DNA of 32,000 nucleotides from Thermofilum adornatum. GTDB taxonomy: Archaea; Thermoproteota; Thermoprotei; Thermofilales; Thermofilaceae. Under the pieces are notes generated by a model that saw only the letters and a list, made by a program, of their open reading frames with translations, did not search any database and was not told where the DNA came from. The stretch is taken from NCBI RefSeq assembly GCF_000446015.1, contig NC_022093.1, forward strand, positions 1,350,001 to 1,382,000, in the 5' to 3' direction. A program made the position numbers and the translations under genes. Shown here piece after piece: positions 16,245 to 25,792 of the stretch. Within the stretch, counting starts at the first letter, position 1; the number at the start of each line of letters is the position of its first letter.

Positions 16245-18191
16245 GTGCCACTTGTTAGAACTGTTTGCCCAAGGGACTGCTACGACACCTGTCACCTGCA
16301 AGTTGTAGAGAAGGCTGGCTTGACTCAGGTTTTGCCGGATCCGTCAAACGAGTTCACCAGTGGTTTTCTCTGTGCAAGAGGCGTTGCTGACCTTAAAAGG
16401 GCTTTTTCCAAAGAGAGGATCCTTTACCCACACTTGAGGAACAAGGGAAAACCCAGTCTAGGGTTCAAAAGGATAGGCTGGAGCGAGGCCCTTAATATCG
16501 TGGCCGAGAAAATCACGGAGACTATAAGGGACTATGGCCCCGAAGCATTGCTCCACGTGGAGTATGCGGGTAACATGGGTCTCCTGGCCTGGTACTATCC
16601 CCAGAGGCTGTGGAACTGGCTACAGGCAACGATGACGGATTATAGTATATGTAGCAAGAGCGGGCACGCCGCGCTTTCGCTCCACTACGGCTTAAGCTAC
16701 GGCAGGTTGCCCGAAGAGATGAAGGGCTCAAAGCTATTCGTATTCTGGGGATTCAACGCCGCCGTAAGCTCTCCGCATTTCTGGGCCCTGGCCCTGAGGG
16801 AAAGAAACAAGGGCGCACTGATAATAGCAATAGACCCAAGAAAATCTGAGACAGTGGAACGGAGCGATTTCTCCATTAATCCCAGGCCCGGCACAGACGT
16901 GGCCCTAGCCTACGGAGTAATGAATATCCTGATTTCTGAGGAGCTCTACGATAAAGACTTTGTAGAAAAGTACACCATTGGCTTCAAGGAGCTAAAAAAT
17001 GAGGTGTCAAAGTGGCCACCTAGCCGGGTCTCCGAAGTCACAGGCGTCGATGTTTCTTCCATTAGGAGGCTTGCAGAGCTATACTCCGAGAAAAAGCCAA
17101 GCGTCACCTTTATTGGTCTCGGTATCCAGAAGAGCCTAAACGGGGCGCAGGCCGTTAGGGCTATCTCTCTCATACCTGCTCTGCTAGGCATCCATAGGGG
17201 CTTCTACTATACAAACAGCAGGAGATGGCTAGCCAACATTGCAAAGGTCACAGGGGAAGAAATCTCGAAGCCAAAGCGAATCGTTAGCCAGGTGGCTCTG
17301 GCCGAGCACATCGAGAGGGGCGAGTTCAAGTTCATCTTTGTCTACAACATGAACCCTGCCTTGACCCTTCCAGGACAAGAGAAGCTCCGCAGAGGATTAG
17401 CGAGGGGAGACGTGTTTGTCGTCCAGTTCGACACGCATTGGAACGAGACTTCCATGTATGCAGACATCGCTCTGCCTGCCACAACCTACCTCGAGAAGTC
17501 AGACGTAGTCCTGCCCTATGGACACAACTATGTCGCTTTCTCGCAAAGGGCCATTGAGCCGCAGGGCGAAAGCAGAGACGAGACGTGGCTCACATGCGAG
17601 CTAGCGAAGAGGCTTGGAGCCCCAGAATGGGTCTGCATGGATCCAATCCAGGTATTAAGGGAGGCACTAGAGGGGGCCATAGAAGGCACATTCGAAGACC
17701 TATTGAGCGGGAAAGTTCTGAGGCTCAAGACGCGTCCACTAGACGCGTACCAGACGCCCAGCGGGAAGATAGAGCTATACTCAACAACTGCCATTAAACT
17801 AGGCTATAGCCCCTTGCCAGAGATGGAATACCTGACAGGCAAGGGTTTCGTTCTCCTCAACTCTGCTACCCCGAAATATACCCATACACAGTTCCGCGAT
17901 GTCTACGGGCCCATACCAGCAATTGTCCAGATAAATCCAGAGGACGCCATGGAACTTGGGATAAGGGACGGAGAAGAAGTTGTGCTCTACAACGAAAACG
18001 GGGAGGTAAGAGTCAAAGCACAAGTAGTCGACAAAGTCCCCAGAGGTGTCCTGTGGTCTCCTAGGCAGCTTATAGACTTGAACGGTAGGCCCCAGAACAC
18101 TCTTGTCCCGACGACAACCCAGAAGATAGGAGGCGGCCCGGTCTTCAATTCTGTAATGGTATATTTGAGGAAGCCTAATTCCACTGGCTAA
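16245..18191 (+). CDS. Molybdopterin (bis-MGD) oxidoreductase catalytic subunit, MopB superfamily, cytoplasmic, substrate unknown
   Basis: 648 aa, GTG start. N-terminal 4Fe-4S motif CPRDCYDTC...GFLCARG (C-x3-C-x3-C-x27-C). Candidate Mo ligand region DYSICSKSGHAAL. MGD-binding regions (LFVFWGFNAAVS, IIAIDPRKSET). C-terminal molydop-binding barrel (VQINPEDAMELGIRDGEEVVLYNENGEVRVKAQV). No twin-arginine signal peptide. Confidence 0.85.
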   Translation: MPLVRTVCPRDCYDTCHLQVVEKAGLTQVLPDPSNEFTSGFLCARGVADLKRAFSKERILYPHLRNKGKPSLGFKRIGWSEALNIVAEKITETIRDYGPEALLHVEYAGNMGLLAWYYPQRLWNWLQATMTDYSICSKSGHAALSLHYGLSYGRLPEEMKGSKLFVFWGFNAAVSSPHFWALALRERNKGALIIAIDPRKSETVERSDFSINPRPGTDVALAYGVMNILISEELYDKDFVEKYTIGFKELKNEVSKWPPSRVSEVTGVDVSSIRRLAELYSEKKPSVTFIGLGIQKSLNGAQAVRAISLIPALLGIHRGFYYTNSRRWLANIAKVTGEEISKPKRIVSQVALAEHIERGEFKFIFVYNMNPALTLPGQEKLRRGLARGDVFVVQFDTHWNETSMYADIALPATTYLEKSDVVLPYGHNYVAFSQRAIEPQGESRDETWLTCELAKRLGAPEWVCMDPIQVLREALEGAIEGTFEDLLSGKVLRLKTRPLDAYQTPSGKIELYSTTAIKLGYSPLPEMEYLTGKGFVLLNSATPKYTHTQFRDVYGPIPAIVQINPEDAMELGIRDGEEVVLYNENGEVRVKAQVVDKVPRGVLWSPRQLIDLNGRPQNTLVPTTTQKIGGGPVFNSVMVYLRKPNSTG

Positions 18192-18247
18192 ACCGTTGGA
18201 CAGCGAAGAAGATATTAGGCAGATTCAACAATACAGTTTCGAGGCAA

Positions 18248-18589
18248 ATGGAGATAACCAGCCCCATAGTAAACTTTCTCGTAGTGGTCGCGGCGCTCAT
18301 CATAGCTATTGCCTCAACATTCTTTTACCACGCTTCTTACTCCATCTTTGTATTCCTGCTTGTTACTGGGTCGTGGCTCGTCTTGACAGCTTTCCTTACA
18401 AGGAGAAAACGCGGCGTGACAAGGTATCCTGCTAGCGCTGTTCGCTCCCTGTACGGCGGTCTAATGCTTTCCGTTTCTGCCGCAGGCATCCTTTTCCTCG
18501 ACTCTTTGGACTGGAGGATAGCTGTCATAGTTTTTCTAGCGGGTATTGGTTTAACAGGCGTGGCTTTCTATCTGCTAGCTAAACAATAA
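18248..18589 (+). CDS. Small integral membrane protein (about 4 TM), function unknown
   Basis: 113 aa. Four hydrophobic stretches separated by a basic loop (TRRKRGVTRYP). Co-directional with neighbours and tightly spaced. Confidence 0.5.
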   Translation: MEITSPIVNFLVVVAALIIAIASTFFYHASYSIFVFLLVTGSWLVLTAFLTRRKRGVTRYPASAVRSLYGGLMLSVSAAGILFLDSLDWRIAVIVFLAGIGLTGVAFYLLAKQ

Positions 18590-18613
18590 ATACATGGCGA
18601 ATTCCTTTTCTGT

Positions 18614-19303
18614 ATGGCTAGGCTTCCAGAACAGTTCCTAGAGTGGAACTACTATGGCCGTAAGAGGCTTCTCGAAAAGCTCTTGTCGGGAGGCATGACC
18701 CGCGAAATGGCTTTAGAATTCATGAGGCATACACCTGTCCTCGTAACGGCGGCAGAGGTCGACGGCCGAATCGAGGTAAATGGGAAGGTGGTGGGCTCAG
18801 GCTACGTTGCAAGCAAGGACTACCTTAGTGAAAAAATAAAGGTCTTCAGGGAACACATCAAGGAGTCAGACGAGAAATATAACAGTGGAGTCGGCTACGA
18901 CAAAATAGAAGAAGAACACCTCCTAAGAGGGGTTAAGCTCCTCCTGGAGCATATATACCTCGAAAAAGAGAGAGCCGACCGAGAAATCGACTTCGAAGTT
19001 CTTGCTACAGTCGAGCTGGCAAAGCAAAGCCCCCACTCTTCTAAGCATACCTGGAGCCTGATCCAGAAGAACCCCCGCGTAAGCCTTGTCTACTATCAAC
19101 CCCCAGCACTTAGCTATGAAATCAAGGGCCACGCCTCTATACACCTAGACGACCAGCTACACGAATTTGTCACCCTTGTCCACGACTCTTTCCACTATAC
19201 GCCTCCCCAGGCTAGAAGCGATAGACCAGTATACATTATACACGTAGAAGAGGTCTACGACAACAGTGCAAGCCCCAAGGGTTTCGGGAGAAGACTGGTA
19301 TAA
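18614..19303 (+). CDS. Hypothetical protein; the C-terminal part may be a split-barrel (PNPOx/flavin-reductase-like) fold
   Basis: 229 aa ORF with no competing frame. The tail (LIQKNPRVSLVYYQPPALSYEIKGHASIHLDD...PVYIIHVEEVYDNS) loosely resembles FMN-binding split-barrel proteins. This assignment is speculative. Confidence 0.45.
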   Translation: MARLPEQFLEWNYYGRKRLLEKLLSGGMTREMALEFMRHTPVLVTAAEVDGRIEVNGKVVGSGYVASKDYLSEKIKVFREHIKESDEKYNSGVGYDKIEEEHLLRGVKLLLEHIYLEKERADREIDFEVLATVELAKQSPHSSKHTWSLIQKNPRVSLVYYQPPALSYEIKGHASIHLDDQLHEFVTLVHDSFHYTPPQARSDRPVYIIHVEEVYDNSASPKGFGRRLV

Positions 19304-19315
19304 AAAGAATCCTTT

Positions 19316-22300
19316 TCACTTCAAAAGCTTTATTGTTTTTACCTCGTATGGAGCCATCTCCACAAGAATCTCGCCATCCCTTGTCTCAATTTTGCCCAGC
19401 GAGTTAAGCTCCGGAATGTCTACCTCTACGGCTTCCCTAAAGACAGCGTTGAGCTTTACCCTTGTCTTCACATTCCTGCTTTGAGGGTTATAAAGCCTAA
19501 TGACAACACCGTCTCCGTCTTCTGACTTCTTGAATGCTCCCAATAGGACCTCTGGGGGCTCAATCTCGATGAAGCTTTCAGCCATGCCTGCAGGGGACCC
19601 GGTATCAAATATTACTGGGTCGTAGAGAACCTCGCTGGACACGAAGGGAACCCTTGCCTCCTCGTAGCCGCCTAGATGGGGGTAGATATAGTAGGTGAAC
19701 TCGAACTCGCCCAAGTCACTCCACGGGTTGGGGAAGAGAGGCGACTTTATGAGGCTAAGGCTGACAGCTTCCTCGCTTACAGAGTAGCCGTGCCTGCTCG
19801 GAGAGATAACTGCAAATCCAACTTCTCCATTGGATATGTCGACCCATCGGAGAGCCGGAGACTCGAATTTAGCCTTGTCCCAGCTCGTCTTCCACGAGGG
19901 GCTTCTCTCCACTACGCCGTATGGCGTCTCGAAGACTGCCCTTAAAGGCTTAAATGACGGCTTGAACCAGGCCTTGAGCAGGTAGCCCTTGTCGTACCAC
20001 TCCAGCCTCGTCTTGACCTCGACTACTGGGCTCGAATCGTAAACGCATATTGTTTGCTTGATCCTCGACTTCTTATAGCTCTTCTCATACTCGATACATG
20101 CCTGTAGGGGTCCATTCGAGACGATTCTTGGCTTTGAGACTGTGACTGTGTCTTCCCACTGCGTCAGAAAGTCATCTGTAAGTTCCCACGCATCAAACAC
20201 CCCAGGCTTGTCCACGTGTATCCTGAGGGAGTTCGAAGGATAGGATAATATTTCCCTGCCGCTTGGCACGAGCTTTAGATACTTGATTTCTCCGTTGCTA
20301 GCAACAAAAAGCTCGAGGACCCCGTTGTTGACAAGTACCCCGTCATCTTTTTCTTCAACGATGATTGAGCCCCTCGGTTCACACTTAGACTCGCCTATCT
20401 CCATGCTCCTATACCCGGCAGGAGGCAACTCGACCTCTACCAGCAACTCCTTTCCGTTGTCCTGGCAACGAGCACCTTTGGGTTGCAGGTGCCTCGGCAC
20501 GGAAACGATTGCTTTCCGCCCCCATGGCAGAGGGTTAAAGAAGCCCACATTGCCGGAGCCACCATTAGTTAAGGATTGTAGCCCCTCCTTCGTGATATCG
20601 GCCAGTTCTTGGATCGCCCTCGTAAGCTCCCTGGTTGCTTCGTCGTATACCTCCATTATGGATGACCCTGGCAAGACGTCGTGGAACTGGTTGAGGAGCA
20701 CAGTTTTCCAGATTCTTTCAAGCCTTCTAGCATAGTCTTCACGGGTCTTGAGATACGAAGCAGTTGCGACCAATTCTGCAATGTATAGGTTCTTTTCGGC
20801 TCTCCACATCAGCTCCTTTACCGGGAGATTCGTTGTATACGTGCCCCTGTGATACTCTACATAGAGCTCATTGTTCCACACGGGCAACCCGTCTCGCACT
20901 TTCTCGATCTTCTCAAGGTAATCCTTCTCAGAGAAGGGCTTTATCCTTGGAAGTCCTGGGACCTTTGACAAGAATGGGAACCGTTCAAGCATCTCGATGG
21001 TAGGGCCTCCCCCGCCGTCACCGTAGCCGTAAGCATAGGGTATGAATGGTGCCGAGTCCTTCTCCTTGTACTTTGTCCAGTAGTCCCTTATGCTGTTAGG
21101 TGTAAGCATCTCGTTATAGCTGTTTAGAAGTATCTGTACAGGAATAGTTGACCCGTCTACACCTTTCCAGAGGAAGGAGTGGTAGGGAAAAGTATTCGTA
21201 TCGTTCCAGAGAGGCTTATGCGTAACGAAGACCTTTAAGCCGCTTTTCAACAGGAGCTGGGGAAGAGAAAAAGCAAAGCCAAAGCTGTCAGGTATCCATC
21301 CTATACTGCAAGTCCTGCCAAACCTAGAATAGAAATGTCTCTGCCCATAGAGAAACTGTCTCGCAAGGCTTTCACCTCCCACAAGTTGCGTGTCGCTCTC
21401 TATCCACATGCCACCCACAGGTATCCATTTGCCCTCCTTGACAAGCCTCTTTATCTCTTCAAATACGTCTGGGTAGTCTTCCTCTATCCACTCATAGTAA
21501 AGCGCAGAGCTCTGTGCATAGACTGCCTCATTGTAGTTTTTCAAAAGCTGAATCATGTTTGAAAAAGTCCTCGCGACTTTTTCACGGGTCTCCCTAAATG
21601 GCCAGAGCCACGCCGCATCTATATGGCTGTGTCCGAGGGCTAGAATCTCTCCGCTGAGAGTGTTCTCCTTGGATAGAGAGTCAAGCACCGGCAGTATTCT
21701 TTCCTCTATCCTGTCAATGGCCTCTCGTAGCTCGTTTATATCTACTGCGCTAATGTCCCTGAGTTTTCCAGCCAAGACGCCGGCGCCATATACTCCAGAA
21801 AGCCACGAATAGTCACCATATTTACGTGGTATATCCCCCCTAGGAACCCCCTCCACCGTCTCATAGAGAAGGCTTAGAGCAGCAGTCAACTGTTGGATGC
21901 TGGGCGTGACAGATATGTCCCTTAAGGCATTGAATAAGGTCTCCTCTAGCTTCATGCGTAGCTGGTCTCCAGAAGGCAAACTCCTTACATAATCCAAAAG
22001 TGATAATAGGTTCAAGGAGAGGTAGAACGCCCTTGGATAAACCTCTACCAGAAAGGCTCTCCTAAGGCAGAGGCTCCAGTCATGGTAGCCGAACATCCTC
22101 CGAATCGAGACCCTCATCCTAATGTTCCTCGTTCCAGGCTCCATGGGAAAATAGGTGTGGGCGTCATCTATGCCTCCATAAAGCTTGTCATCTACCTCTA
22201 GGGTTGCATTCCCACCCAGGACAACTTTGAAAAACCACTTGTAATCGGTTGGAGGAACCCTTGCCCTCGTCTCTAAGAGGTAGATTCTGTCCGGTTCTGC

Positions 22301-22423
22301 CTGTATGTGTATCGGCAAGAAAACCTCTCTACCGTTCAGCCTCCAGATCTGTAGGGGAATAAATCGCTGGACAGAGGCCGATAATAAGTCAAAGAGCCTC
22401 CTCTCGGCGTCCCAAAGCTTCAT
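19316..22423 (-). CDS. Glycoside hydrolase family 38 alpha-mannosidase (cytosolic)
   Basis: 1035 aa. GH38 N-terminal catalytic signature LGHSHIDAAWLWPFRETREKVARTF, followed by WIPDSFGF and HRGTYTT, and a long C-terminal beta-rich region. No signal peptide. Confidence 0.9.
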   Translation of the reverse strand: MKLWDAERRLFDLLSASVQRFIPLQIWRLNGREVFLPIHIQAEPDRIYLLETRARVPPTDYKWFFKVVLGGNATLEVDDKLYGGIDDAHTYFPMEPGTRNIRMRVSIRRMFGYHDWSLCLRRAFLVEVYPRAFYLSLNLLSLLDYVRSLPSGDQLRMKLEETLFNALRDISVTPSIQQLTAALSLLYETVEGVPRGDIPRKYGDYSWLSGVYGAGVLAGKLRDISAVDINELREAIDRIEERILPVLDSLSKENTLSGEILALGHSHIDAAWLWPFRETREKVARTFSNMIQLLKNYNEAVYAQSSALYYEWIEEDYPDVFEEIKRLVKEGKWIPVGGMWIESDTQLVGGESLARQFLYGQRHFYSRFGRTCSIGWIPDSFGFAFSLPQLLLKSGLKVFVTHKPLWNDTNTFPYHSFLWKGVDGSTIPVQILLNSYNEMLTPNSIRDYWTKYKEKDSAPFIPYAYGYGDGGGGPTIEMLERFPFLSKVPGLPRIKPFSEKDYLEKIEKVRDGLPVWNNELYVEYHRGTYTTNLPVKELMWRAEKNLYIAELVATASYLKTREDYARRLERIWKTVLLNQFHDVLPGSSIMEVYDEATRELTRAIQELADITKEGLQSLTNGGSGNVGFFNPLPWGRKAIVSVPRHLQPKGARCQDNGKELLVEVELPPAGYRSMEIGESKCEPRGSIIVEEKDDGVLVNNGVLELFVASNGEIKYLKLVPSGREILSYPSNSLRIHVDKPGVFDAWELTDDFLTQWEDTVTVSKPRIVSNGPLQACIEYEKSYKKSRIKQTICVYDSSPVVEVKTRLEWYDKGYLLKAWFKPSFKPLRAVFETPYGVVERSPSWKTSWDKAKFESPALRWVDISNGEVGFAVISPSRHGYSVSEEAVSLSLIKSPLFPNPWSDLGEFEFTYYIYPHLGGYEEARVPFVSSEVLYDPVIFDTGSPAGMAESFIEIEPPEVLLGAFKKSEDGDGVVIRLYNPQSRNVKTRVKLNAVFREAVEVDIPELNSLGKIETRDGEILVEMAPYEVKTIKLLK

Positions 22424-22597
22424 AATGTCCGCTAAAAATAGACCTATGAGTTATTAAAACATTACTAATCTGAATTAAAAACAAATTCTCAAAGGGATTG
22501 TGCGAAGAAACGAAAGATAAATCGTTAGGCACATGGTTGAAGAGATTGTTCTAGTAATGCGAAACAAATTAATCTTTGTTTTATTGTTCTCCTATTA

Positions 22598-24076
22598 ATG
22601 AATAAAAAAATAGTGCAAGCTATAATTGGGCCTATCTTGTTTTTCCTCCTAGCTGTTTTGCCGCCTCTACCATTTGTTACACAAGCCTCCCAGCAAGTCA
22701 AAGCACCATTTACAAATGCTCCACAAGTCGCCCTCGGGGGACTAATCTGGGTGGCAACGTGGTGGATATTCGAGGTTGCACCTCTCGGCTTGACGGGTCT
22801 CCTCGCGGCAGCACTCTTCAGCTTTCTGGGCTTTGTCTCGTGGGGGGACTCCCTAAAGAGCTTCACTGACCCTATTATATGGGTCTTTATGGGTGGCTTT
22901 GTCCTGGCCAAGGCTTTCCAGGTCTCAGGGCTAGACAGGAGAATAGCACTATGGATCGCAAACCTTTACAAGGGCCAAAACCCAATGATTGCCGCGCTCT
23001 TTGTCGCAGGCTTGCCCGTATTCTTTCTAACAATGACTGGCTCAATTACTGCTTCAACTTCCGTAGTATATCCAATAGTCCTCTCTTTCCTGGCGCTTAC
23101 AAGAGCCTCCGACAGGTACTCAGAAGCCACTCTGCTTCTCTTAGGAGAAGCGGCCACAGCTGGGGCCATGCTCTTCCTGATAAGCACACCGCCAAACCTA
23201 ATAGCGAAACAAGTGATCGAGTCAAATGTCCCAGGGCTAACCCTCACCTTTTTCGACTGGTTCATCGTGGGGACAGTCCAGGCAGTAATCGGTCTACTCA
23301 TCGTATGGATAATAGTCTTCGCGGTTCTAGGAGTTAAAAAGGAACACTCGCTCGAAAAACTGCAGGAAATAGTAGTCCAAGAAAGGGCAAAGTTGCCCCC
23401 AATGTCTATCCGCGAAAAAATAGTTCTAGGAGTCTTCCTCTTTGCTCTCTTCTTGTGGCTTATACCCGGGCTCCTCAACATAGCCGCAAACCTAGACCCA
23501 AACCTGCAAACACTAGCCAAGACTGCCTCGAGCCTGCTCCCTGAAGCTGTACCAGCCGTCCTAGCGATTCTCCTCCTCGGGCTAATAAAAGTGCAAGGGA
23601 GACCGCTCCTAACATTCAAAGAGATATCGGAAGGAATAGACTGGAACGTCGTCTTCCTATTTGGAGGCGGCCTGGCCATGGGGAAAGCACTAGACTCTAG
23701 CGGTTTTTCCAGCTGGATAGGTCTCATCGTAACAAATAGCAGTATACAGCTCAACACCTACACACTTAGTATTATCGGCGGAGTTCTAGGATTCCTAATT
23801 ACTTTCCCAGCATCAAACACTGCATCAGCAATAGTAGCTGCTCCACTAATTGCAAAGATCGCAAAAGCCGCAGGAGTCAACCCAGTCGCTCCAGTAATCA
23901 CGACTGCCCTAGCATGTTCTATTTCCTCGGCCATCCCCTCCACGACACCGCCAATGGCGATAATCTACGGCTCTGGAAAAGTAAACATAAAGAACATGTT
24001 CAAGGCAGGATTCCTAGCCGACGTCACACGTCTCCCAATCCTCGTACAACTCTTTCTATCGCTTAAAGGATTATAG
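22598..24076 (+). CDS. DASS / SLC13-like divalent anion:Na+ symporter family transporter
   Basis: 492 aa polytopic protein. PIIWVFMGGFVLAKAFQVSGLDRRIALWI and DWNVVFLFGGGLAMGKAL are the two repeat-related segments. The second hairpin-tip motif PASNTASAIVAAPL (SNT) is present. The first reads GSITASTS (degenerate). Confidence 0.75.
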   Translation: MNKKIVQAIIGPILFFLLAVLPPLPFVTQASQQVKAPFTNAPQVALGGLIWVATWWIFEVAPLGLTGLLAAALFSFLGFVSWGDSLKSFTDPIIWVFMGGFVLAKAFQVSGLDRRIALWIANLYKGQNPMIAALFVAGLPVFFLTMTGSITASTSVVYPIVLSFLALTRASDRYSEATLLLLGEAATAGAMLFLISTPPNLIAKQVIESNVPGLTLTFFDWFIVGTVQAVIGLLIVWIIVFAVLGVKKEHSLEKLQEIVVQERAKLPPMSIREKIVLGVFLFALFLWLIPGLLNIAANLDPNLQTLAKTASSLLPEAVPAVLAILLLGLIKVQGRPLLTFKEISEGIDWNVVFLFGGGLAMGKALDSSGFSSWIGLIVTNSSIQLNTYTLSIIGGVLGFLITFPASNTASAIVAAPLIAKIAKAAGVNPVAPVITTALACSISSAIPSTTPPMAIIYGSGKVNIKNMFKAGFLADVTRLPILVQLFLSLKGL

Positions 24077-24120
24077 CCCCAAGGGTTACCTTTTTAAGAT
24101 GCAATGGGTAAAAAGCAGGC

Positions 24121-25347
24121 ATGGGTGAAATCTTAACTTACACGTTGCTTCAAAGGCTGGACTCTTTAGAAAAAGTTTTCAGGGCAAACCTTCAGCTCGC
24201 TAATACACTGAGGAACTATATATCGAGAAAACTAGAGGAGCTCAGGAAGCGTGAGGGAAGCGACTTCAGCCTCAAAATTATGGATTTCTGCGGGACACAT
24301 GAATGGACCATTGTACATTTCGGCTTGAGGAGCCTCATGCCAAAGGGAATAGAGCTGGTCGCGGGGCCCGGTTGCCCAGTCTGTGTGACTCCCTCCTATT
24401 ACATTGAGCAAGCCATTAGACTCTCCCTGGAAGGCATAACAATCTACACGTATGGAGACACGTTCAAGTTGCCAGCAATTAATCCGGTAGACGGGGTCAG
24501 TTCACTGGAAGAAGCCAGGGCCAGGGGAGGCCGGGTAAAGCTTGCTCTCTCCCTTATGGATGCCATAAGAGACGCAAAAGCTACAGGTAAAGATTCCCTC
24601 TTCCTGGGAATAGGCTTCGAGACAGTTGCTCCTGGCTATGCCAGAGCATTGGTAGCAGACATGTTGCCCCCAAACCTCAAGCTCCTAAGCCTGGTCAAGC
24701 TGACGCCCCCCGCGATGTTCTATTCCCTGGACATACTGCGAGACAAGCCAACTGACGCGCCCGTAATGGGGGTGATTGCCCCGGGTCACGTCTCAACAGT
24801 TACGGGTGCCAAGGCCTGGGTCCCGGTGGCGGAGCACTTCGGTATACCAGTAGTTGTTTCAGGGTTCGAGCCGATAGATGTCTTGTCGTCTATTGCTGAA
24901 ATCATGAGGCAACTCGTAAACCGGGAGGCAAGCGTAAAAATAGAGTACACGAGGGCAGTGACATGGCAGGGAGACCTAAAAACCCAGGCAATGATACATA
25001 GAGCCTTCGAGGTAGCCGACGATGCATGGAGAGGGATAGGCTTTATACCCCTAAGTGGACTCAGAATAAGGGAAAAATACTCCAAGAACGATGCACGCGA
25101 AGCATATGGAATAAGGGAACTAACACCCGCAGAATGGAAAAAAGACACACCCCCAGGATGCAGGTGTGCAGAAGTCACCCTGGGAAAGGCAAAGCCCACA
25201 GACTGCCCAATGTTCATGAAAAAGTGCACCCCCGAGAAGCCCTACGGCCCCTGCATGGTCTCAATAGAAGGAACCTGCGCCGTCTGGGCTAGGTTCGGCG
25301 GGGGAGGCCTGGCACAAGAAATAGCCGCAGAGCTAGAGCAAATCTAA
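24121..25347 (+). CDS. hypD: [NiFe]-hydrogenase maturation factor HypD
   Basis: FCGTHEWTI, GPGCPVCVTP, GFETVAP and C-terminal CRCAEV...CPMFMKKCTPEKPYGPCMVSIEGTCAVW match the conserved HypD motifs (CGxH, GPGCPVCV, GFETT, 4Fe-4S Cys cluster). Confidence 0.95.
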   Translation: MGEILTYTLLQRLDSLEKVFRANLQLANTLRNYISRKLEELRKREGSDFSLKIMDFCGTHEWTIVHFGLRSLMPKGIELVAGPGCPVCVTPSYYIEQAIRLSLEGITIYTYGDTFKLPAINPVDGVSSLEEARARGGRVKLALSLMDAIRDAKATGKDSLFLGIGFETVAPGYARALVADMLPPNLKLLSLVKLTPPAMFYSLDILRDKPTDAPVMGVIAPGHVSTVTGAKAWVPVAEHFGIPVVVSGFEPIDVLSSIAEIMRQLVNREASVKIEYTRAVTWQGDLKTQAMIHRAFEVADDAWRGIGFIPLSGLRIREKYSKNDAREAYGIRELTPAEWKKDTPPGCRCAEVTLGKAKPTDCPMFMKKCTPEKPYGPCMVSIEGTCAVWARFGGGGLAQEIAAELEQI

Positions 25348-25393
25348 CCAAATACATAAACACATAAATAGAAGCCTCGAACCATTCTACCTT

Positions 25394-25702
25394 ATGTGTT
25401 GGGGGACGCCAGCAGTTGTTCTCGAGCTAAGCCAAGACGGCTCCACAGCCAAGGTTGACTATGGCGACGGGGTCGTCAGAGAAGTCTTTGTAGGGATAAC
25501 AGAGGAGAAACTATCAAGAGGAGACATCGTAATGGTACACGCAGGAGTAATAATTTCCAAGCTGACGCCGGAAGGCCTCCGCGAGGAAATAGAATTCATA
25601 AATGGCATACTCCAAGAAGCTGGGGAAAGCGAGAACCTGCTTGCCCAGCTCAGACAAAACGTTATAGAACTGGCCGAAAAAATAAAGAGCGGAAACGCTT
25701 AA
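25394..25702 (+). CDS. hypC: [NiFe]-hydrogenase maturation chaperone HypC/HupF family
   Basis: Starts MCWGTPAVVLEL (HypC N-terminal Met-Cys followed by G-x-P). OB-fold body (...GDIVMVHAGVIISKL). Roughly 25-aa acidic/helical C-terminal extension. Confidence 0.9.
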   Translation: MCWGTPAVVLELSQDGSTAKVDYGDGVVREVFVGITEEKLSRGDIVMVHAGVIISKLTPEGLREEIEFINGILQEAGESENLLAQLRQNVIELAEKIKSGNA

Positions 25703-25792
25703 CCTCCTATTCTCGCCACCTAGGTGTAGGGCAACATCCAAAACGTGAAACATTAATAATATCCTATCATAACCAGTTGGTAGCTGAGGAGT

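Noticed and set aside
16245-16340. Checked the molybdopterin oxidoreductase N-terminus for a twin-arginine signal, given the nearby tatC genes.
   Set aside because: The protein starts MPLVRTVCPRDC, running straight into the Fe-S motif. There is no RR motif and no hydrophobic h-region, so no functional link to the Tat genes is supported.
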